A stretch of DNA of 45,422 nucleotides, taken from positions 1 to 45,422 of the forward strand of contig JBDRCO010000123.1 in the NCBI GenBank assembly GCA_043821645.1. The letters run 5' to 3'. Under the pieces are notes generated by a model. The model ran no database searches. It saw only the letters and a program-made list of their open reading frames with translations, and had not been told where the DNA came from. The number at the start of each line of letters is the position of its first letter. Position 1 is the stretch's first letter. The stretch comes from Pseudomonadota bacterium. Its GTDB lineage: Bacteria; Myxococcota; JACRCW01; JAFGSX01. A program made the translations under genes and the position numbers. This document shows positions 27,803 through 38,537 of the stretch, in pieces.

Positions 27803-28702
27803 ATGCGCGCCCGTCTCGCACAGTGGCTGGGACTGGATCCCACGGGTGTGTCCTCCCTGCTGATCAGCCAGCCGGCAGCTCTTGCCCTGGGGTTCGTGGC
27901 CTCGATCTGGCTCCTGCTGCGCGCTGGAAAATCGATGGGCCTGCGCCAGCGCGAGGTCGCTGAGCTGTTGATCGCGGCCTATCTCGGAGCCCTTGTTGCC
28001 GGCAGATTCCTCGACATGCTGACCTGGGGCGCGGACTTCTGGAGCCAGCCCTGGCGCATCGCGGACCCCTGGTTCGGCGGCGCGTCGACCCTGGGCGGAC
28101 TGCTGGGAGCGACCGCGGGTGTGGTGTGGCTCGGCCGGCGTCGGGGCCTCGACATCGTGCGATTTCTCGATGCGGCTGCACCGGTGGGAGGGGTGACGGT
28201 CGCACTGTTCAAGAGTGGCTGCTTTCTGGCCGGATGCTGCTATGGACAGCGCAGCGATGGACTTCTGGGGCTGCGCTTTCCGGCGAGCTCGCTGGTCTAC
28301 TACCACCAGGTGGGTCTGGGGCTCATCGACAGCCACTACCATGACAGCTTGCCGGTCTTGCCCGTGCAGTTGTTCGAAGCCGGCTGGGGCCTGCTGGTCG
28401 CCCTGGGGCTCTGGGGGACGCGGCCGTGGTTGAGACAATACGCGGGGGGGAGCTTCACGCTCGGCGCCATGCTCCTGCTCGGCGGCCGTACCGGGATCGA
28501 AGCCCTGCGCGGCGGTCAGGTGGCCACGATGCTGGGGCTGACCGCCGGGCAGATCACGTGCATCTTCTTCATGCTGGTCCTGGTGCTGGTTTGGTGGGGT
28601 CCCTGGCGAGAGCAGGTCCTGACCTGGTTGCGCCCGGGCCCCGCGCCATCGCCACTCTCCCTCCCGGCAGGCGACCCGCCCACGCCAGAGCAGCCTGGCT
28701 GA
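27803..28702 (+). CDS. Divergent prolipoprotein diacylglyceryl transferase (Lgt) family protein
   Basis: GG....GG, LD..AP, GCFLAGCCYG, LRFP, PVQLFE and R..IE.LRG in Lgt order, with several conserved residues substituted. Confidence 0.85.
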   Translation: MRARLAQWLGLDPTGVSSLLISQPAALALGFVASIWLLLRAGKSMGLRQREVAELLIAAYLGALVAGRFLDMLTWGADFWSQPWRIADPWFGGASTLGGLLGATAGVVWLGRRRGLDIVRFLDAAAPVGGVTVALFKSGCFLAGCCYGQRSDGLLGLRFPASSLVYYHQVGLGLIDSHYHDSLPVLPVQLFEAGWGLLVALGLWGTRPWLRQYAGGSFTLGAMLLLGGRTGIEALRGGQVATMLGLTAGQITCIFFMLVLVLVWWGPWREQVLTWLRPGPAPSPLSLPAGDPPTPEQPG

Positions 28703-28726
28703 TCCCACCGCGATCGCCGTGGCGCA

Positions 28727-28755
28727 TTGAAAGCCCTGGTCCTGTCTGCTACACA
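28727..28755 (+). promoter_or_regulatory. Putative sigma70 promoter of alaS
   Basis: TTGAAA-N17-TACACA with a TG extension, 45 bp before the ATG. Confidence 0.55.
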
Positions 28756-28800
28756 GCGCGCGAACCCGGCGCGGTGAGCCGGATAAAAGCGAGAGCCGCC

Positions 28801-31428
<2,628 letters not shown>

Positions 31429-31515
31429 CCCCGCTCGTCGTCGGTCCACAACCCTGCAAACTGGCCCGCGCCGTCCTGCAGTGCCATAATCTGACCATCT
31501 AAAGTCACGGGGTTC

Positions 31516-34500
31516 GTGGTGGCGGCCATCAGCGGTCGAGATCCAGTTTTACTCGAGGTGACGCTCAAATACGCGTCGGTGGAAGAGTTTGAGTCCAGCT
31601 TCGCACCCAACCTGTCGTCGCACGCTGTGTTCCTCAAGACGCGGTCCCCCAAGTCCGTTGGCACGCCAGTGCGGGTGCAGCTGCATCTCCGCTCGGGCGT
31701 GGTGGTGCTCTCCGGCGAGGGCCGCGTGCTCTGGTCCTACCCTGGAGATGCCGTTCCCATCGGGCGCAGTGCCGGCATGGGCATCGCATTCACGCCTGAC
31801 GACGCCGATAGCAGGGTTCGCATGCAGCGCATCGTGGCGAACCACGGAGAGGGCGTGTCCGCGTCGCCACCGGGGTCGCGTCTGCATGCCCTCCTGGGTG
31901 TCGCCACAGCCCTTGCTCCCTCACCTGGCGCGACGGGAGCACCTGGCAGGTCCGAGTCACCTCCCGCAAAGCCGCAGCTCCCGCCCGCGCTAGGCGACCT
32001 GGGTGACGAACTCGGGGACGCCTTCGCAGCCATCACCACCGACGATGCCATTCCGGTGGTGCCGTCACCTCCCCCGAGGCCAGTCCCCACATGGGCGGCG
32101 CCCGACGAACCCGAATGGCTCGACGCCGGGGACATCGAACTCATTGGCGCGGTGCCCGCGACCGCCAGCGATGGCATGCCTCACGGCGAGCTGTCGGCGG
32201 CGCAGGTGGAGCCCGAGACTCCGGATCCCGATGGCGCTGGGCCCAGGGACGGTTCCGTGCAGGCCGCAGCTGAAACCACCCCGTCGCCGGTCAGCGCACA
32301 GTCTGCCCAGAAAGCCGACGAGGCCATCTCAGGTCCTGGCGTGCTCGACGCGCAGGACACAGCTCTCTCCTCCAGCGACGAGACCCGGGATCTGGCCCCG
32401 GCGGAAGAGGCAGCACAGACACCTGAAGGCCCCTGGGCAGGTCCCGCCGCGACCCTGGAGAATGCGGTCGCGATCCCCACCGGGGAGCGCTCGGAGTCCG
32501 TGGTCGAGGACGACAGCCCATCGACACCAGAGCCCGAGGAAAGCAGCGCACCCGACGACGGCAACGACCAGGAGTTCGTCGCTGCGCCGGCCGCCGACCT
32601 GCCCGAGCTTGCCACGGAGATCTCGACCGTCCTCGAGCCCGTTGAGGGCATGCCCGTCCCGAAAGCACCCGTGGTCGAGGTCACAGCGGAGCACGCCCCC
32701 GAAGAAGTGGTGCCCACCCCCACGAGCAAGGAGAGCGCTCCGGAGCAGGCAAGACTCGCGGATCCACCGGTCGATCCGGCGCCTGCCCACGGCGAGGCCG
32801 GCACCCCAGCGCCTCCACCACTGCGCCCTTTGGACCGCCTCGCTGCAGGGCTGACACCGGACATCGCAGGCCAGCGCGTCGGCGATCTGGATCCCGATCG
32901 GCTACATGGACGCCTTGTCAAGGCAACGGGGGGTCCCGCCGCCGGCCCACCTGACATCAAGGGCTGGTACTGGATCGTGGGCGGGCCCTTTGACAAGCCC
33001 TGGCCGCCCCAGCCCCTAGAATGGCCCGTCGACGGAACCCGGCGCCCGGTCTCCAAGATCCCACCCCTGCTCGAGGACGATCTGTGGACCAAGCTCACCG
33101 AAGGCAACGCGGCGTCGGACTGGACGGCGAACGACCTGGAGAGCAGCCCGGCCGCGCTCGCCGATGGCGGCACCGATCTACCGCTGCCGCTCAAATCCAT
33201 CGCCGCAGCCCAGCGCATGGTGGCCGACGACGCCAGGAAAACCCTGCCCACTGTGGACCCAGGACACCTGCCAAGCGCTGGCGCCACGGATGGTGAAGTG
33301 TTCGCCACCACGGAGGACCGGACATCCGGGCTGGAACAGCTGGAGCAGTCCCCCAGGGAGCTGGACGCACCGGTCGTCGTGCCTGCGGACGATGGGGAAT
33401 TCCTGTCCTGGGGAGACGAGGTGTTCAGCTTCAGCGAGCGAGCCCCGGCTGCCAGCGGTGCGGACGAGGGACGGCTCGCCTACCAGGCGCCGCGCGTCGT
33501 CTCTCGCTCGACGCACGAGCTCGAGACGCAGGACGACGACAGCTCCGGGAGCTTGTCAGACCAAGAGACCCGTGGCCTCGAGGATGGGCCGCTGTCCGAG
33601 GCTCCGGAGAGTATCGAGAACACCGTGCCAGGCGCTCCCTCGCCGCTCCTTCTGGATGACAAGGCCAGCGCTGTTCCTGCCGCCAGCGAGGACCCTGCCC
33701 CCCCCTGGGATGAGAGCGGCGCGGACGCCGAGGACTCCGAGGGACGCATCGAGGACACCACTCCTGGTGTGGTCTCTCCCTTCGCGGAGCAGGGTCCCAG
33801 TCTTCAGGCAGTCCACGTGGACGCCGGTGACGCAGGCCCCGAAGGGACGCCTTTCGCGTCGTTACTCGACACGCCACAGGCTCCAGACTCTGCTGCCCAG
33901 GAGAGTGCGGATGCGCAGTCCGGACAGCCTGCGCCCGAGGACAGCGCGGCTCCACCCGAACAGGAGGTCATCCCGCGGGGAGAGATGGACGAACCCTCCA
34001 CCACCCTGCCCATGGCCGCCGTGCAGGCTGACAGCATCGCGCTGTCCTTGCCCGTGGGTATCGCCTTGCCGGGTGGCCGCATGCGCATCCTCCTCGAGAG
34101 TGGCACCCGTGCGCCGTACGTGTTCGAACGCAACCTGCAAGTCCCTCGGGGCCAGAACCAGCTCGAACTCGATTTCCACCAGGGCGACGCACCCCAGGTG
34201 CAGGACAATGCTGGACTCGGTGCCGTCATGGCGCAGGGTGACCCCGAGACCTTTGGGGGCCGGCTCGCCTTCGATCTGCGCATCGTGGTCGAGCCCGATG
34301 GTGTACTCGACGTCACTGTTCGCGATCCCACCGGTGCCGAGGTGGCCAGTGGCCTGCTGGCAACCCTCGATGCCACAGCCATGGGTCGCTCGCGCGCACA
34401 GCGCCGCCCGCTTCCAGTGACTGCGGCTGTGGCCATCCCCGAGGTGCCACAGACCGGCGTCCTGTCCAAGCTCAAGCGGCTCTTTGGTGGACGATCGTGA
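31516..34500 (+). CDS. TIGR02266-domain protein with a long acidic linker and an Hsp70 substrate-binding-like C-domain
   Basis: N-terminal 'LKYASVEEF...NLS...VFLKT...GMGIAF'; C-terminal 'LPVGIALPGG...NQLELDFHQGD...DNAGLG...DGVLDVTVRD'. Confidence 0.8.
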   Translation: MVAAISGRDPVLLEVTLKYASVEEFESSFAPNLSSHAVFLKTRSPKSVGTPVRVQLHLRSGVVVLSGEGRVLWSYPGDAVPIGRSAGMGIAFTPDDADSRVRMQRIVANHGEGVSASPPGSRLHALLGVATALAPSPGATGAPGRSESPPAKPQLPPALGDLGDELGDAFAAITTDDAIPVVPSPPPRPVPTWAAPDEPEWLDAGDIELIGAVPATASDGMPHGELSAAQVEPETPDPDGAGPRDGSVQAAAETTPSPVSAQSAQKADEAISGPGVLDAQDTALSSSDETRDLAPAEEAAQTPEGPWAGPAATLENAVAIPTGERSESVVEDDSPSTPEPEESSAPDDGNDQEFVAAPAADLPELATEISTVLEPVEGMPVPKAPVVEVTAEHAPEEVVPTPTSKESAPEQARLADPPVDPAPAHGEAGTPAPPPLRPLDRLAAGLTPDIAGQRVGDLDPDRLHGRLVKATGGPAAGPPDIKGWYWIVGGPFDKPWPPQPLEWPVDGTRRPVSKIPPLLEDDLWTKLTEGNAASDWTANDLESSPAALADGGTDLPLPLKSIAAAQRMVADDARKTLPTVDPGHLPSAGATDGEVFATTEDRTSGLEQLEQSPRELDAPVVVPADDGEFLSWGDEVFSFSERAPAASGADEGRLAYQAPRVVSRSTHELETQDDDSSGSLSDQETRGLEDGPLSEAPESIENTVPGAPSPLLLDDKASAVPAASEDPAPPWDESGADAEDSEGRIEDTTPGVVSPFAEQGPSLQAVHVDAGDAGPEGTPFASLLDTPQAPDSAAQESADAQSGQPAPEDSAAPPEQEVIPRGEMDEPSTTLPMAAVQADSIALSLPVGIALPGGRMRILLESGTRAPYVFERNLQVPRGQNQLELDFHQGDAPQVQDNAGLGAVMAQGDPETFGGRLAFDLRIVVEPDGVLDVTVRDPTGAEVASGLLATLDATAMGRSRAQRRPLPVTAAVAIPEVPQTGVLSKLKRLFGGRS

Positions 34501-35330
34501 CCGACGCCATGAGCCCGCCCATGCTCCCTCACGGCTTTCTACGGGGTGTTGGTTTCGCCTTCCGCGGTCTGCCCTTTGTCGCGAGGCACCCGCGGCTTCT
34601 CGCGCTCTCGCTGCTTCCCGTGCTCATCAACCTGGCTCTTCTCATCGGCATCTTCGGCGTCGGCCTGCGCTTTTACGACGACGCCCTGTCGATGGCCTTC
34701 CCGTGGGTGAAGCCGGAATCCTGGTTGGTGGTCCTGTGGTGGATCGCCTACGCCCTCATCAGGGTCGTGCTCTACCTGGCACTTCTCGTCGTCACATTGA
34801 TGTTGGTGGTGGTTTTTGGTTCCATCATCGCCTCGCCTTTTCACGATGCGCTCTCCGAGCGAACCGAGATCCTCGTGCGCGGAAAGGGCCTGGACACTCC
34901 CTTTTCCCTGACCTCCGTGCTGCGCGAGCTCGCCAGCGCAGTGGTCGACCAGATCTTCCTGCTCTCGCTCTACCTGCTCGGCCTGATCCTGGTCGTGCTG
35001 TTCGCCCTGGTGCCCGTCGCCGGCACCCTGCTCAGCTCGGTGGCGTCCTTTGTCTGGACGTGCTGGTTCTTCGCGGTGGAGTTCACGGATGGGCCGCTGA
35101 CACGGAGTGGTCGCCGGTGGCGAGAACGCTGGTCCTTCTTGATGTCCCATGCACGACTCAGCCTTGGCTTCGGGGTGGGAGCGTGGGTGATGCTGCTGGT
35201 GCCACTCACCCTCCCCTTCCTTGTCGTCTCGGGCACACTGATGGTCTGCGAGCTGACCCCAGGTCCCTTGGCATCGGCCACCACCAGACCACCGCTCACC
35301 CCTGAGGCCGAACCGTCCTCCGCGTCCTGA
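34497..35330 (+). CDS. EI24/CysZ-family membrane protein
   Basis: G..FAFRG, LLPVLIN, IASPFHDALSE, LVPV.G, EF.D.PL.R and LGFG; GTGA overlap with the upstream gene. Confidence 0.85.
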   Translation: MTDAMSPPMLPHGFLRGVGFAFRGLPFVARHPRLLALSLLPVLINLALLIGIFGVGLRFYDDALSMAFPWVKPESWLVVLWWIAYALIRVVLYLALLVVTLMLVVVFGSIIASPFHDALSERTEILVRGKGLDTPFSLTSVLRELASAVVDQIFLLSLYLLGLILVVLFALVPVAGTLLSSVASFVWTCWFFAVEFTDGPLTRSGRRWRERWSFLMSHARLSLGFGVGAWVMLLVPLTLPFLVVSGTLMVCELTPGPLASATTRPPLTPEAEPSSAS

Positions 35331-35391
35331 CCCGCGCCACGCCGCGCGTGCTATCTTTGCCGCCATACCAACATGGACCCCGGAACTCGCC

Positions 35392-37074
35392 ATGACCACC
35401 GCGCTCCTTCTGGCCAGCCTTCTTGCACTGCCCGGTCCCGAGTTCCTTCAGGGCGTCACCGTGGACGGCTGGACACAACAAGCCCTGCCGGGCGTGGTGT
35501 TGCGAGACCAAGAAGGGCGCGCCATCGCGACCAGCGATGCCCGGGGACGTTTCTCGGGCCAGATGCTGCGGGGCATGCCGGGCTTGTGGGCAGAAGAACC
35601 GCACGCGCGGTACGAGCGAACGGCGATCCTGTTGCCCAGAGATGCGGCCGGAAACCTGCTCATGACTCCTCTGCGCATCGCCCTGATCCCTTTCGTGCCG
35701 GAGGGCCCGCCTGCGCCGGGAGCCACGGGCGTCCCCGCCGAGCGCCACGGGGATGCAGACCTCGCTGGACCCGAGCCCCTGACCTCCCCCCTGTGGTCCT
35801 ACACCTTGCCGGCACAGATGCCGTCGACGATTCGCGTGCTGCGCTGCCCCGGCACCACCTGCTGCGATGCTCCAGGGGATGGCGTCCAGACCATGAGCTT
35901 CGAGGACTACGTCAAGGGTGTCGTCAACGCAGAGGTTGGCATCTTCCGCAGCATGTCCACCCTCGACGGTCAGGCTCTCGGCGAGGCCGCGCGGCAGACG
36001 GGTTCCGCCGCCGTGTTCCAGACGCTGGCTGTCGGCTCTCGAAGCTATGCCCTCAACTGGTACCTGCGCCGGCAGAGCAACAACCCGGGCTATGACATCC
36101 GCGACGGCACCTGCGAGCAGGTCTATGGCGACGAACGTCACGCGTGGATCAACAGCGCCGTCGATGCCACGGCTGGAGAGATCCTGGCCGTCTCCGGGGG
36201 CGTGTCCATCGACAGCTTCGAGTATGCCTCGAGCTGCAAGCGGCTCGGCAGCTTGCCCTATGGAGTGTCGGCGAGCAGTCCAAGCTGTGGCGACGTGGTG
36301 CCGGACCTCACCGGCGTGGTGGCCTGCGTGGGGAGCTGGTGTGGCCATGACACGCCAGACATGGGCCACCAGACCCATCCCTGCGATGCCTCGCGCTGCC
36401 GCTGCCTGGTCCGCGGGATCTGCCAGTGGGGGGCGGCCGAACGCTCGTTTGCGGGACAGGACTACCTGACCATCCTGACCCACTATCAACCCAACCTCGT
36501 GTGCTTGCACCTGGGCAGTGGCCAGTGCGGTGGAGGCAGCACCGTCACCACGGGGAAGCTCGTGGGCTACGTGCGTGAAGGGGACATCTACAACACCGCG
36601 ACACCCATCACCAACGCCAGCGTGGTGCTCAGCCTCGGTGCCAGTACCCAGAGCAGCAGCGACGGCTACTACGAGTTCCTGGCCCTGCAGCCCAGCCAGA
36701 CCGTCACCGTCGAGGCCAGTGCTCCGGGCTACACGACGACCATCGAGTCGAAGTTCCTGGACCCCGCCTTCACCACCTGGTGGAAGTCCCTGGCCCTGAC
36801 CCCTGTGGCCGATGCCGGGACCGCGGCGGATGCAAGGCCACGGGACACGTCCTCCGTCGACACCGCCCGTGATGCCACGGTGGAGGCCGGGGCGCTGGAC
36901 CACTGGGTGCTCCGCGATGCCGGGGAAGCTGGGCCGCTGGATTCCGCGACGAAGCCGCCAGACCCCCGTGTTGGCAGCGGCGGTTGCGACTGCACATCGT
37001 TGCTGCAAGACACCCGACCTGCCTGGTGGGCGGCCCTTGCTCTGCTGCTCGCGCTGCGTCGATCTCGGGGATGA
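35392..37074 (+). CDS. SpoIID/LytB-domain protein with carboxypeptidase-regulatory-like domains and a MYXO-CTERM tail
   Basis: FEDYVKGVVNAE, LAVGSRSY, CEQVY, AVDATAG, GICQWGA and ILTHY; tail GGCDC...WWAALALLLALRRSRG. Confidence 0.85.
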   Translation: MTTALLLASLLALPGPEFLQGVTVDGWTQQALPGVVLRDQEGRAIATSDARGRFSGQMLRGMPGLWAEEPHARYERTAILLPRDAAGNLLMTPLRIALIPFVPEGPPAPGATGVPAERHGDADLAGPEPLTSPLWSYTLPAQMPSTIRVLRCPGTTCCDAPGDGVQTMSFEDYVKGVVNAEVGIFRSMSTLDGQALGEAARQTGSAAVFQTLAVGSRSYALNWYLRRQSNNPGYDIRDGTCEQVYGDERHAWINSAVDATAGEILAVSGGVSIDSFEYASSCKRLGSLPYGVSASSPSCGDVVPDLTGVVACVGSWCGHDTPDMGHQTHPCDASRCRCLVRGICQWGAAERSFAGQDYLTILTHYQPNLVCLHLGSGQCGGGSTVTTGKLVGYVREGDIYNTATPITNASVVLSLGASTQSSSDGYYEFLALQPSQTVTVEASAPGYTTTIESKFLDPAFTTWWKSLALTPVADAGTAADARPRDTSSVDTARDATVEAGALDHWVLRDAGEAGPLDSATKPPDPRVGSGGCDCTSLLQDTRPAWWAALALLLALRRSRG

Positions 37075-37168
37075 GATCTGGACATTCGCCGTATCTTATT
37101 GTAATCTCTCATCTTATTAAAATGTGTGGAAAGGTATCCAAAGGTACCCGATAACGCTCGCAAGCTCA

Positions 37169-37184
37169 TGGCACAAGAAAGGCC
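37169..37184 (+). promoter_or_regulatory. Putative sigma54 (-24/-12) promoter
   Basis: TGGCACAAGAAAGGCC has a canonical TGGCAC and GG-N10-GC, downstream of an AT-rich tract (37091-37142). Confidence 0.6.
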
Positions 37185-37290
37185 AAAGCAGCGCACTCAA
37201 AGATATTGTTGACGAGCCGCCAGGCGGCTGTGACACAAAGCTCAAGCAGGAACGGCTGCTGCCACCCGAGAGGGATCCCAGGAGGACACG

Positions 37291-38382
37291 ATGTCAGATA
37301 TCGGCAGGATGATGTTCGGCTCCACCGGCATGAACGTGAACCGCATGCTCGATGCTCTCGGGCTCCCCGATGGGGTCGGGGACTTCATTGGCGCCGCCAT
37401 CGACAACTCGCGCGGCGATTTCATGGGCATGTATCGCAACATGGTCGACCTGACGTCGGGCATGAAGACCCGCGACCTGGATGCCTTCGAGGGCAAGGGG
37501 CTTCCGCCATCGCAGTTCGTGCCACGACCTTTCGATGGCATCGGGCGCTTCCGCAACATGTGGGGCGCCGGCTACTCCCAGCTCTCGCCGTCCCGCGAAC
37601 GAATTGGCTTCGGCAGGGCTGGCCGCAGCATGGAAGCGCGGCTGATGGGAGATTCCAATTTCCGTACTCGGATGGAAGAGCGTCTGGGCGGCGTCATCGT
37701 CCCGGACGGTCGCATGGATGGCAAGGTCACCGTGCTCCGCTACACGCCACAGTTCGGCGGCCAGGCTCTCACCCGCGCGCTCAGCAGGACCAATCCGCTC
37801 ATGGGTAGCGTCTTCCGCGCGCTGGCCATGACCGAGCTCAATACCAGCCGCTTGATGAACAACATGATGAACCCTGGCTTCAACGTCATGGGCGCGCCCA
37901 ACGAGATGGTGCTCAGGGATCCCGAGACCGCGCAGCTCGCCAACGGCATGGGCATGAGCCCGCCGCTGAGCTTCGAGGACCTGCTGTTCCTCATGATGAT
38001 GAAGTACGCGCGCAAGAAGGAGCGCGAGATCCTCAACAAGATGAACGAGCTCTCGGGCAAGGGCGGTCAGCAGGGCGGCGGCTTCGGTCGCTTCCTCGGA
38101 TCGGCCTGCCGCATCGGTGGCACCGTCATCGGCGGCCTGTACGGTGGCTTCCCGCTGGGCACCGCAATCGGTGGCCAGGTCGGCAACGCCGTCGGTGGCA
38201 TCTTCGACGGTCAACAAGGTGGCGAGGGTGCCTTTGGCAATGCCAACAAGGAATCTGACACCCTCAAGCAGATGCAGATGCAGAAGCTGATGGAAGACCT
38301 GAAGAAGATGTACGAGATGCTGTCCAATGTCATGAAGTCCATGCATGACATGCAGATGGCGGCCGTGCGCAACCTGCGCTAG
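37291..38382 (+). CDS. Met/Gly-rich protein with a glycine zipper and a T3SS needle/tip-like C-terminal helix
   Basis: AGGAGG RBS; no signal peptide; hydrophobic GxxxG segment; ends MQKLMEDLKKMYEMLSNVMKSMHDMQMAAVRNLR. Confidence 0.8.
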   Translation: MSDIGRMMFGSTGMNVNRMLDALGLPDGVGDFIGAAIDNSRGDFMGMYRNMVDLTSGMKTRDLDAFEGKGLPPSQFVPRPFDGIGRFRNMWGAGYSQLSPSRERIGFGRAGRSMEARLMGDSNFRTRMEERLGGVIVPDGRMDGKVTVLRYTPQFGGQALTRALSRTNPLMGSVFRALAMTELNTSRLMNNMMNPGFNVMGAPNEMVLRDPETAQLANGMGMSPPLSFEDLLFLMMMKYARKKEREILNKMNELSGKGGQQGGGFGRFLGSACRIGGTVIGGLYGGFPLGTAIGGQVGNAVGGIFDGQQGGEGAFGNANKESDTLKQMQMQKLMEDLKKMYEMLSNVMKSMHDMQMAAVRNLR

Positions 38383-38537
38383 CCCTCGACAGCTCTTCCA
38401 GTCCCTCCCCTTTTTACGTCGTCACCACCCGCTCCAATGCACCAGGGCACACCTCGTGCCCTGCAGCGCCATCGCTGCCCGGGCCCGTGTCGATTGTCAG
38501 GGTGCGCGGTCTACGCCGGCGAGGGCGCCTGGAACGG

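Noticed and set aside
28426-28800. 125-aa N-terminal extension of AlaS in the ORF track
   Set aside because: It overlaps the lgt-like gene and the putative promoter; AlaS homology begins at ATG 28801.
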